From Candidatus Binatia bacterium (GTDB lineage Bacteria > Desulfobacterota > Binatia > HRBIN30), in NCBI GenBank assembly GCA_038245295.1, contig JBBRSP010000047.1, positions 1-32,039 of the forward strand: a stretch of 32,039 bases of DNA. The letters run 5' to 3'. The notes under the pieces were generated by a model. The model saw nothing but the letters and a program-made list of their open reading frames with translations. It had not been told where the DNA came from and searched no databases. Of the stretch, positions 19,510 to 27,369 are shown piece after piece (positions within the stretch are counted from its first letter, which is position 1; every line of letters begins with the position of its first letter). Made by a program: the position numbers and the translations under genes.

Positions 19510-20028
19510 GTGCGACGACATACAATATCAGTGCTGGTGGAGAACGAGTTCGGAGTTTTGTCGCGCGTCGCCGGCTTATTCAGCGCTCGCGCCTACAATA
19601 TCGAGAGCCTGACCGTGGCCGAGACGCTCGACGCGACTGTGTCGCGCATCACGATCGTCACGCGTGGCGATGATCGCGTCGTCGGCCAGATCGAGAAGCA
19701 GCTCAACAAGCTCATCGGGGTGATCGAGGTCACCGATTTCGAAGGCAGCGCCCACGTCGAGCGCGAAATGGCGTTGATCAAGGTCAATGCCGCCGAGAAT
19801 ACTCGCGCCGAAGTGATGAACATCGTCGATATCTTTCGCGGCAAGGTGATCGATGTCGGCCCGCGCAGCTTCATTATCGAAGCTACGGGTGACGACGGGA
19901 AGATTCGCGCCATTCTCGAGCTGCTCAAGCCGATCGGAATTCTAGAAATCGTTCGCACCGGCAAGGTGGCCATGCATCGCGGCATGCGCCAACTCGGAAT
20001 TGAAGAAGGGAAAGAAGACAAGCCATGA
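19510..20028 (+). CDS. ilvN: Acetolactate synthase small regulatory subunit
   Basis: [51 protein letters not shown] and EIVRTG. Confidence 0.97.
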   Translation: MRRHTISVLVENEFGVLSRVAGLFSARAYNIESLTVAETLDATVSRITIVTRGDDRVVGQIEKQLNKLIGVIEVTDFEGSAHVEREMALIKVNAAENTRAEVMNIVDIFRGKVIDVGPRSFIIEATGDDGKIRAILELLKPIGILEIVRTGKVAMHRGMRQLGIEEGKEDKP

Positions 20029-21044
20029 TGAAAGTGTACAGCGAGTCAGACGCCGACCTAAGCTTCCTCAAGGGTAAGAAGGTCGCCGTTCTCGGTTACG
20101 GCAGCCAGGGCCACGCCCACGCGCAGAACCTGCGTGACAGCGGCATCGAAGTTGCCGTCGGGCTCAAACGCGGCGGCTCCTCGTGGCCCAAGGCGGAAGG
20201 CGCCGGCTTCAAGGTCATGGAAACAGCCGACGCCGCCAAGTGGGGCGACATTGTCATGGTCCTGGTTCCCGACGAGCTTGCCGGCGACATCTACGAGAGC
20301 GACATCGCGCCCGGCCTCAAGGACGGCAAATACCTGGCCTGGGGCCACGGCTTCAACATTCATTTCAAGAAGGTCGTGCCGGCTCCCGGTATCAACGTCT
20401 TCATGGTGGCGCCAAAGGGCCCCGGACATCTGGTGCGCGGCGAGTACAGCAAGGGCCGCGGCGTCCCGTGTCTGCTGGCCGTCTATCAGGACCCGAGCGG
20501 CGACACGCACAAAGTCGGTCTCGCTTATGCCAAGGCGATCGGCGGAACCCGTGCCGGCGTCCTCGAGACGACGTTCAAGGACGAGACCGAGACCGATTTG
20601 TTCGGCGAGCAGTCCGTTCTCTGCGGCGGCCTCACCGAGCTGATTCGCGCCGGTTACGAAACGCTGGTCGATGCCGGTTACCCGCCCGAGATGGCATACT
20701 TCGAGTGCCTGCACGAAGTGAAGCTCATCGTCGACCTGATCTACGAAGGCGGCATCGCCAACATGCGCTACTCGATCAGCAACACGGCCGAATACGGCGA
20801 CATGACGCGCGGCCCGAAGTTGGTCACCGATCAAACGCGCGCCGCGATGAAGCAGATCCTCACCGACATCCAGAGCGGCAAGTTCGCCGACGAGTGGATC
20901 ACCGAATACCGCTGCGGCATGCCGCACTTCAAAGAGCTGCGCAAAGAAGCGGCCAACCACCCGATCGAGAAGGTCGGCGATCGGCTGCGCGGCCTTATGC
21001 CGTGGCTCGGCAGCAATCGGTTGGTCGACAAGGACAAGAACTAA
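20025..21044 (+). CDS. ilvC: Ketol-acid reductoisomerase
   Basis: [40 protein letters not shown] and [20 protein letters not shown]. Confidence 0.99.
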   Translation: MMKVYSESDADLSFLKGKKVAVLGYGSQGHAHAQNLRDSGIEVAVGLKRGGSSWPKAEGAGFKVMETADAAKWGDIVMVLVPDELAGDIYESDIAPGLKDGKYLAWGHGFNIHFKKVVPAPGINVFMVAPKGPGHLVRGEYSKGRGVPCLLAVYQDPSGDTHKVGLAYAKAIGGTRAGVLETTFKDETETDLFGEQSVLCGGLTELIRAGYETLVDAGYPPEMAYFECLHEVKLIVDLIYEGGIANMRYSISNTAEYGDMTRGPKLVTDQTRAAMKQILTDIQSGKFADEWITEYRCGMPHFKELRKEAANHPIEKVGDRLRGLMPWLGSNRLVDKDKN

Positions 21045-21050
21045 AGCGGA

Positions 21051-21129
21051 GTTGAGAGCCCAGAGTTGACAGTCGAGAGTTGAAGGCGGAACCGCCAACA
21101 CTCTCGACCCTAGACTCTCGACTCTAAAC
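21051..21129. repeat. Inverted array of 7-bp repeats (GTYGAGA x5 / TCTCGAC x4) around a GGCGG-AA-CCGCC hairpin
   Basis: GTTGAGA GCCCAGA GTTGACA GTCGAGA GTTGAA, then TCTCGAC CCTAGAC TCTCGAC TCTAAAC. Confidence 0.75.
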
Positions 21130-21135
21130 TACCCC

Positions 21136-21768
21136 ATGCGCTTCGCCTCCGAAGGCTACCGCCACATGGCCACCAGTCTCGTGCTGGTGCTGGTTCTGTA
21201 CTGGGCCGCCGGCGCCAGCGGTGGCTTCGTCGGGCTCGTTCTGGCCGCTCTGGTCATCAACTTCTTCCGCGACCCGGAACGTCAGGTGCCCCCCGACCCC
21301 CAAGCCATTGTCTCGCCTGCCGATGGCAAGGTCATCAAGGTCGAGAAGATCCAAGACGATCGATTCCTCAACGGCCCGGCAACCATGATCAGTATCTTCA
21401 TGTCGCCGCTCGACGTGCACATCAACCGCATCCCGTGGAGCGGTCGGGTCGTCGATGTCCGTTACAATCCCGGCAAATACCTGCGCGCCTTTGCCGATAA
21501 GGCGTCGCTCGACAACGAGCAGACCGCGGTGGTGATGGAAGACGCGCAGCAGCGGCGGTTCGCCTTCGTTCAGATCGCCGGCTTTATCGCGCGACGAATT
21601 ATCTGCCGACTCAAACCCGGGATGGAAGTAGAGCGTGGCTCGCGATACGGCATGATCATGTTCGGTTCGCGCGCCGATATCTTCTTGCCGCCCGAGGCGG
21701 TGGTCAGTGTGAAGCTCGGAGATCGCACCCAGGCGGCGCAAACCATCCTAGCCCGGTGGCCGGCATGA
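21136..21768 (+). CDS. psd: Phosphatidylserine decarboxylase proenzyme
   Basis: FFRDPER, SPADGKV, SIFMSPLDVHINR, QIAGFIARRI and the FGSR self-cleavage motif. Confidence 0.96.
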   Translation: MRFASEGYRHMATSLVLVLVLYWAAGASGGFVGLVLAALVINFFRDPERQVPPDPQAIVSPADGKVIKVEKIQDDRFLNGPATMISIFMSPLDVHINRIPWSGRVVDVRYNPGKYLRAFADKASLDNEQTAVVMEDAQQRRFAFVQIAGFIARRIICRLKPGMEVERGSRYGMIMFGSRADIFLPPEAVVSVKLGDRTQAAQTILARWPA

Positions 21769-22577
21769 GTGAGCCCATCAAGAAGCCGGCCGTCATGTTC
21801 CCGGTCGACGGCGGTTCACCGCTGCGCAAGGGCGTCTACCTGCTGCCCAACTTGATTACGACGGCCGGACTCTTCTCCGGGTTTTACTCCGTCATCTGCA
21901 GCCTGCATGGCGACTTCGCGCGCGCCGCCGTGGCCATCCTCGCCGCCAATATCTTCGACGCCCTTGATGGGCGCATCGCGCGTGCGACCAAGACGACGAG
22001 TCGCTTCGGTATAGAGTACGACTCACTCGCCGACCTCGTCGCGTTCGGCGTGGCGCCGGGCATTCTCGTCTATTGCTGGGCCCTCGAACCGTGGGGTACC
22101 TGGGGCTGGCTGGCGGCTTCGCTTTTCGTGACCTGCGGTGCACTGCGACTGGCGCGCTTCAATGTTCAAGTCGACTCCACCGAGAAGCGTCACTTCATCG
22201 GACTGCCGATTCCCGCCGCCGCCGAGGTGATCGCGTCGGTCGTGCTGCTGTCATCGCGCTTCGGCGGCGAAGGGCCGACCGAGAAACATCTGCTGCTGCT
22301 GCTCATCACGTATGCGCTGGCCGGCTTGATGGTCAGCAACATCAAGTATTTCAGTTTCAAAGAAGGCGAGCTCTACCGACGCCAGCCGTTCGGCGTCCTG
22401 ATTGCCGTCATCGTCGTCCTCAAGCTGCTCATCGCCGAGCCGCAGATCATGCTCTTCGCCGGCTTCCTGCTGTTCGCCCTGTCCGGACCTTTCCGCCTCG
22501 TTTTTGTACTCGGGAAGAGGTTTTGGAAGCTGCGTCATCGCAACCGGCAACACCCGCCGCGCGCCGAAGCGGCATAG
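21765..22577 (+). CDS. pssA: CDP-diacylglycerol--serine O-phosphatidyltransferase
   Basis: LLPNLIT, FDALDGRIAR....TS.FG.EYDSLADLVAFGVAPG, LRLARFN and FIGLPIPAAA. ATGA overlap with psd. Confidence 0.96.
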   Translation: MSEPIKKPAVMFPVDGGSPLRKGVYLLPNLITTAGLFSGFYSVICSLHGDFARAAVAILAANIFDALDGRIARATKTTSRFGIEYDSLADLVAFGVAPGILVYCWALEPWGTWGWLAASLFVTCGALRLARFNVQVDSTEKRHFIGLPIPAAAEVIASVVLLSSRFGGEGPTEKHLLLLLITYALAGLMVSNIKYFSFKEGELYRRQPFGVLIAVIVVLKLLIAEPQIMLFAGFLLFALSGPFRLVFVLGKRFWKLRHRNRQHPPRAEAA

Positions 22578-22605
22578 GCGGCGAAGCCGCCAGCGCCGGC
22601 TAAAC

Positions 22606-22754
22606 GAGGCTGTCTCAAGACCTGCTGAGCCGGCTTCGACAGGCTCATGGTTCGACGAGCTCACCATGAGCGGGTGCTTGTTTGATTTTCAAAGACATTT
22701 TGTCCGCTCGCCCTGAGCCCGTCGAAGGGTGAGCCTATGTTTTGAGACAGCCTC
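22606..22754. mobile_element. 149-bp MITE with 13-bp terminal inverted repeats GAGGCTGTCTCAA/TTGAGACAGCCTC
   Basis: Perfect TIRs, no ORF, and a near-identical inverted copy at 31911-32039. Confidence 0.85.
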
Positions 22755-22824
22755 TGAAGCCTGCGCCTACCGGTTTCCAATTCGCCAGCGTATTCAGCGT
22801 GGTAGGCGCAGGCTTCAGCCTGCG
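22755..22824. repeat. Inverted pair of GTAG-type REPs (TGAAGCCTGCGCCTACC ... GGTAGGCGCAGGCTTCAGCCTGCG)
   Basis: 22755-22771 is the exact reverse complement of 22801-22817. The left REP is cut at its loop by the MITE. Confidence 0.85.
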
Positions 22825-22877
22825 GTGAGCTGAGCGCTGGCTGCTCGTCGAATCTACGTGCGAAAGCCCGCGTTATG

Positions 22878-22931
22878 CTCGTCGAAGGGTGAGCCTAAGT
22901 GCTGAGACAGCTTCTAAAAGCCTGCGGCTAC
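22878..22931. repeat. Degenerate MITE end followed by a REP half
   Basis: GTCGAAGGGTGAGCCTA...TGAGACAGC matches 22721-22751 and is followed by TAAAAGCCTGCGGCTAC. Confidence 0.75.
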
Positions 22932-22942
22932 CCATTCGAGAT

Positions 22943-23701
22943 CTACACCGCCTTGCGGCCGCCGAACACGGCCAGCTCGAATACCTTGAAGAAACAGTCG
23001 ACGTCGACGAAGCCGATGTCGCGTAGCCAGGCGCATTGGGTGTCGACCGGCGCCAGGATGTTGGCTGCCTTGTCTGGGCGCTGTACGAACTCGCGCCGTA
23101 GCTCCTCGCGTGACTTGCCGCTGCCCTTGCTCGCTTGAAAGGCGGTGATCGTGTCTACCATCAGCTCGTCGGCCATTGCTTCGACGCGTGGTGTTGCGGA
23201 CTCGACGTGTTCAACATTGACGAACATGCCACCCGGGGCGAGCAGCTCGAAGATCTCGCGGTAGAGGGCTTTCTTGCGGTCGTGTTCGAGATGGTGAATG
23301 GCGTAGCCCGAGACGATCAAGTCGATGGGCTCGCGGGTTTGCAGGGAGTCGGCCCAAGCCGGCGACGCGAGATCACCGACCGCAAAGATTGGCGTCGGCT
23401 TGAACGAGCCGAGACTGCGGCGCGCCTCGTCGAGCATGGCTTCGGAGAAATCAATCAAGACGGCCTGGGCGCCGGGGAAGCGCGACAAGACCGCATGCGC
23501 CAGGACGCCGCTGCCGCAACCAAGGTCGGCAAAACGCCGCACCGCGCCGAGCTGCGCCGCGACGACGCGCAGCATGATCTCCAATTGATCGGCGGCGTAG
23601 GGGACGCCGCCACGCACATCGTGGACGAAGGTATGCACCAGCTTCGGATCCTGCCACACGACATCTTGTCGCTGTTCCCGGGAATTCATGCGGTCCACCA
23701 T
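22943..23701 (-). CDS. Class I SAM-dependent methyltransferase (CmoA-like fold family)
   Basis: DLGCGSG, IDFSEAML, DLIVSGYAIHHL and LAPGGMFVN. Start is 23701 or 23689. Confidence 0.9.
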   Translation of the reverse strand: MVDRMNSREQRQDVVWQDPKLVHTFVHDVRGGVPYAADQLEIMLRVVAAQLGAVRRFADLGCGSGVLAHAVLSRFPGAQAVLIDFSEAMLDEARRSLGSFKPTPIFAVGDLASPAWADSLQTREPIDLIVSGYAIHHLEHDRKKALYREIFELLAPGGMFVNVEHVESATPRVEAMADELMVDTITAFQASKGSGKSREELRREFVQRPDKAANILAPVDTQCAWLRDIGFVDVDCFFKVFELAVFGGRKAV

Positions 23702-23756
23702 GGTTCGATGCCGCCCCGTCGGTCAACCGACGAGTTCGCACGAATGTCAGAGGGAC

Positions 23757-23780
23757 GGTAGGCGCAGGCTTCAGCCTGCG
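23757..23780 (+). repeat. GTAG-type REP GGTAGGCGCAGGCTTCAGCCTGCG
   Basis: Identical to 22801-22824. Confidence 0.88.
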
Positions 23781-23845
23781 AAGAGCTCCGACGCGAATCG
23801 GAGGGCGACGCCTAAGCCCCAGCCTAAGCCTGTGAGCGCAGCGAA

Positions 23846-24595
23846 CTAGAGATACGCCCCACCATTCGGACTGATCACCTGCCCGGTCACAAACCCGGCC
23901 TCCTCCGACGCCAGATAGGCACAAGCCGCCGCGATATCCTCGGGGCGGCCGACGCGTTTGACCGGCATCTTCTGCGCCAGTTGCTCGACCACACTGTCGG
24001 GCATCCCCGAGGCGCGCAGCATCGGTGTATCGATCAGGCCGGGAGCGACGGCGTTGACGGTGATGCCATCCGCAGCGAGCTCGTGCGCCAAGGCCTTGGT
24101 GAAACCGATGATGCCACCCTTGGCCGAAGCATAGTGCAGCAGGCCCGAGCCGCCGCCGTTCATGCCGGCCACCGACGTAATGTTGATGATGCGGCCCCAG
24201 CGCGCCGCGATCATCCCGTCGGCTACCGCCTTGGCACAGTGGAAGACACCCTTGAGGTGCACCGAGATCATCTCGTCGAAGATCGCCTCACTCATCATAG
24301 CGAATGGCACCAGCGTGCAGATGCCGGCGCTGCAAACGAGGATTTGAGGTGCACCGAGCTTCAAGGTTGCTCTGGCAGCGGCAGCCTGAACCGACGCGGC
24401 GTTTGTCACGTCGACCTCGATTGCCTCAGCGCGGCCGCCGGCGGCGATGATCTCCGCCGCGACCGACTGCGCCCCGGCGAGGTTGCGATCGACGACGGCG
24501 ACCGCCGCACCATCCTGCGCCAGTCGAAGCGCCACACCGCGGCCGATCCCCGAGGCACCGCCGGAAATGAATGCCGTCTTGTTCTGCAACTTCAT
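23846..24595 (-). CDS. FabG-like short-chain dehydrogenase/reductase
   Basis: MKLQNKTAFISGGASGIG, GRIINITSVAG, YASAK, ITVNAVAPGLIDT and FVTGQVISPNGG. TGATG overlap with the upstream small gene. Confidence 0.93.
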   Translation of the reverse strand: MKLQNKTAFISGGASGIGRGVALRLAQDGAAVAVVDRNLAGAQSVAAEIIAAGGRAEAIEVDVTNAASVQAAAARATLKLGAPQILVCSAGICTLVPFAMMSEAIFDEMISVHLKGVFHCAKAVADGMIAARWGRIINITSVAGMNGGGSGLLHYASAKGGIIGFTKALAHELAADGITVNAVAPGLIDTPMLRASGMPDSVVEQLAQKMPVKRVGRPEDIAAACAYLASEEAGFVTGQVISPNGGAYL

Positions 24596-24834
24596 CAGTG
24601 CACCCGTACGTGTCCTTCCAGTCCATTGTCCAGCCGCGCGTTCAACCGTTCCAGGCTGCGCACGGCGCGCAACGCCTCGTTGCGCGAGCTCAGTCCCGTC
24701 GCTACGACGGCGGCGGTATTGGCGTCGACAACTTCCCAACCTACCTCGCCGGTACGTCGCAGTCTTACTTCGCGCATGCGGTAGTTCGCCGAAGCCTGCT
24801 CATCGCTGAGAACGTCGCGACCGATCGCTTCCAT
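24595..24834 (-). CDS. Small hypothetical protein (79 aa)
   Basis: AGGAGA RBS, start 9 bp after the MurG-like stop, and stop overlapping the SDR start. Confidence 0.7.
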   Translation of the reverse strand: MEAIGRDVLSDEQASANYRMREVRLRRTGEVGWEVVDANTAAVVATGLSSRNEALRAVRSLERLNARLDNGLEGHVRVH

Positions 24835-24843
24835 GGGATTCTC

Positions 24844-25947
24844 CTACATCCGTCGTCGGTCTTGCGGAAGCAAAGATAGGCACATGGCGGCAACATGTTC
24901 CGCGGCATCCGTCGGGGCGCCGCGGCGCATCGCATCGGCAGCGCGTTGCCAGGCGCTCGCATCACGCAGGAGACCGGCGATGTGTTGCGCAACGTCTTCG
25001 CTGCGCCAGTCCGCTTCCGTGCTCCAACCACATCCCGTCAGACGCGCAAACTCGATCGCGTTGTGGCGCTGATGATCCTCCGAGGCCCAGCTCAGCGGCA
25101 CCATGTAGATCGGCAGGCCCGCATTGGAGCACTCGGCGGTCGTAATACCGGCGGCGCACAGCGCAAAATCGGCCCACGCCAAGGCCGCCGGCATCTCATC
25201 GGTCGCCGCTTCGACGTGGGCTGGGATTGCCGCTTGCTCATAGGCGGCGCGTACGGCGGCGACCGCATCGGCACTACCCGTCAGATGACGAACCTCGATC
25301 GACACGCCGAGATCGCGGATGCGCGTCGCCAGCTCGGCGCCGACGCGATTGAAGAAGGCCGATCCATACGAGCCGCCGGTGAAGAGGAGATGTGCCGGAG
25401 AATGCACGCCGACCCGCGTCGCGCCGACGGCCGCGAAGGCCGCACGCACGGGGATGCCGGTGACCTCGACGTTCCGAGTCGTGAAGAAGGCGCGTGTCGC
25501 CGCGTAGCTGACGGCGATGCGGTCGGCGAAACGCCCGAGCATTCGATTGGCGAGGCCGGGGTTGACGTTGCCCTCGTGGATCAGGATCGGCAGCCCCAAC
25601 CAGCGTGCCGCCAGCAAGCCGCCGGCGCTGGCATAACCACCGAATCCGACGACCGCCGCGATGTCGTCGCGTTGGAGGATGCGTCGTGCCGCCAATATGC
25701 CGCGGCTGAGGTTGGCCAGCGCCTTCACCTTGCCGCCGGCTCCGACGCGGAGATATGCCGAAGCAGGAATCGCCTCGACTCGGTACCCGGCGCGTCGCAG
25801 ATACGCTGTTGGCCCGTCCACCGCTTCGCCCAGGAAGAGAATGTCGAGCTGCGTATCCCGCCGTCGCAACACCTCTGCCACCGCCGCCGCGAGATACACA
25901 TGCCCCGCCGTCGTTCCGGCCAGCAGCGCGACGCCGCGCTTGTTCAT
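24844..25947 (-). CDS. MurG-like GT28 glycosyltransferase (divergent paralog)
   Basis: AGTTAGH, VVGFGGYAS, IHEGN..PGLANR, VTGIPVR, TGGSYGS, WAD..LCAAG.TTAE, P...EDHQRHNA: the MurG motif order with substitutions. No dcw genes nearby. Confidence 0.85.
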   Translation of the reverse strand: MNKRGVALLAGTTAGHVYLAAAVAEVLRRRDTQLDILFLGEAVDGPTAYLRRAGYRVEAIPASAYLRVGAGGKVKALANLSRGILAARRILQRDDIAAVVGFGGYASAGGLLAARWLGLPILIHEGNVNPGLANRMLGRFADRIAVSYAATRAFFTTRNVEVTGIPVRAAFAAVGATRVGVHSPAHLLFTGGSYGSAFFNRVGAELATRIRDLGVSIEVRHLTGSADAVAAVRAAYEQAAIPAHVEAATDEMPAALAWADFALCAAGITTAECSNAGLPIYMVPLSWASEDHQRHNAIEFARLTGCGWSTEADWRSEDVAQHIAGLLRDASAWQRAADAMRRGAPTDAAEHVAAMCLSLLPQDRRRM

Positions 25948-25966
25948 CGATCCCACCAGCGGATTC

Positions 25967-26046
25967 AAATCACCAAACGATCAAATGACCAAATGGCGAA
26001 ATAGACAAATGGCGAAATTGCGAAATGGCCAAATGCCCAAATGCCC
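25967..26046 (+). repeat. 10 x 8-bp degenerate tandem repeat (AAATGNCS-like) in the divergent promoter region
   Basis: AAATCACC AAACGATC AAATGACC AAATGGCG AAATAGAC AAATGGCG AAATTGCG AAATGGCC AAATGCCC AAATGCCC. Confidence 0.92.
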
Positions 26047-26094
26047 CTATCTCCCATTGAGGGCCCGGCTCTTGCGCGGTATCGGGAGACGCCG

Positions 26095-27369
26095 ATGAGT
26101 GCCCAGCCCAAGCGGGTCGCCGTCGTTGTCCTCGGCGATGTCGGTCGAAGCCCGCGCATGCAGTATCACGCCCAGGCGCTGGCGCAGGCCGGCGTGCAAG
26201 TCGACCTCATCGGCGCCGCCGGAAGCCCGCTCCCGGAGAGCATCATCGGCAACGCCGCAATCCATTCTCACCTCTTCGAACAGAGCCTGCGCGCGGCGCG
26301 TCACGCCTGGTCGCGGCCGCTGTTTGTCGCGTACTCGGGCCTGCGTGCCGTTCGCGAAATGTTCACCTTGGGGCTGACGCTGCTCTTCCGTATCCCCAAG
26401 CCCGACGCCATTCTCATTCAGAATCCACCGTCGATCCCCGTGTTGATGATTGCCTGGTGCGCCGCCCGGTTGCGTGGCGCAAAGTTGATCATCGACTGGC
26501 ACAACTACGGTTTTGCGATGCTCGCGCTGACCCTAGGGCCGCGTAATCCCCTCGTTGCTCTGGCGCGAGCCTACGAAATGTTCTTTGGCCGCCGCGCCGA
26601 CGCAAGCCTGTGTGTCTCTCGAGCGATGGCCGATGATCTGCGCGATCGCTGGGGTATCGAGGCGACGATTCTCTATGATCGCCCGGCGGCCCGTTTCCAG
26701 CCGACGTCCCCAGGCGAGCGATCGACCCTCCTCGACAAACTGGAAGGCGCGCTGGAAGGCTACGACCCCAATTCCGGGATGCGCCCGGTACTCATCGTCA
26801 GCAGCACCAGTTGGACAAAGGACGAGGACTTCTCGCTGCTGATCGAGGCGGCGCGCAGCTACGACCAGGCGGCGCGCCAGTACTCCGGGACGCTGCCGCG
26901 TCTCCTGTTCGTGATCACCGGACGTGGACCGCTGCGAGCGCACTACGAGGAAGAGTTGCGTGGCCTCGACCTGCACGTCGTGCATTTCGAGACCTTGTGG
27001 CTCGAGCCCGAAGACTATCCGCGCTTTCTTAGTATCGCCGACCTGGGCATCTGCCTGCATCGCTCGGCGAGCGGCGTCGACCTTCCCATGAAGGTTGCCG
27101 ATATGGTTGGTGCCGGCTTGCCGGTGTTGGCGTTGCATTACAGCGACTGCATCGAGGAGATGATCGTGCATGGTCGCACCGGCATGCTGTTCCAGTCGAG
27201 CCGCGAGCTGTTCGAACAGTTGGCCGAGATCGTGCGCGGCTTTCCGACGTCGGCAACCGAGCTGCAACGTTTGCGGCGCACGGTCGGCGCTGCCCGCGGC
27301 TACGCCTGGGACGCCGGTTGGCGCGACGAAGCGTGGCCGCTGCTGCAGAGACAGCTGGGCGACGAATGA
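26095..27369 (+). CDS. ALG1-like beta-1,4-mannosyltransferase (GT33-like)
   Basis: VVVLGDVGRSPRMQYHA, LIQNPPSIP, LIIDWHNYG, LYDRP, IVSSTSWTKDEDFSLL, ITGRGP, WLEPEDYP and ADLGICLHRSASGVDLPMKVADM closely match eukaryotic ALG1 as I recall it. GGAG RBS upstream. Confidence 0.9.
   Translation: MSAQPKRVAVVVLGDVGRSPRMQYHAQALAQAGVQVDLIGAAGSPLPESIIGNAAIHSHLFEQSLRAARHAWSRPLFVAYSGLRAVREMFTLGLTLLFRIPKPDAILIQNPPSIPVLMIAWCAARLRGAKLIIDWHNYGFAMLALTLGPRNPLVALARAYEMFFGRRADASLCVSRAMADDLRDRWGIEATILYDRPAARFQPTSPGERSTLLDKLEGALEGYDPNSGMRPVLIVSSTSWTKDEDFSLLIEAARSYDQAARQYSGTLPRLLFVITGRGPLRAHYEEELRGLDLHVVHFETLWLEPEDYPRFLSIADLGICLHRSASGVDLPMKVADMVGAGLPVLALHYSDCIEEMIVHGRTGMLFQSSRELFEQLAEIVRGFPTSATELQRLRRTVGAARGYAWDAGWRDEAWPLLQRQLGDE

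Noticed and set aside
22606..22931. Repeat cluster as a CRISPR array, tRNA or integron attC array
   Set aside because: No regular repeat-spacer period, no cloverleaf despite the TTCGA motifs, no GTTRRRY/RYYYAAC core sites, and no integrase.
24844..25947. Assigning the symbol murG
   Set aside because: Several signature residues differ and there is no dcw context, so orthology cannot be shown.
26095..27369. Eukaryotic contamination as the source of the ALG1-like gene
   Set aside because: No introns, an RBS is present, composition is host-like and it overlaps a bacterial ABC gene. Read mapping is still advisable.
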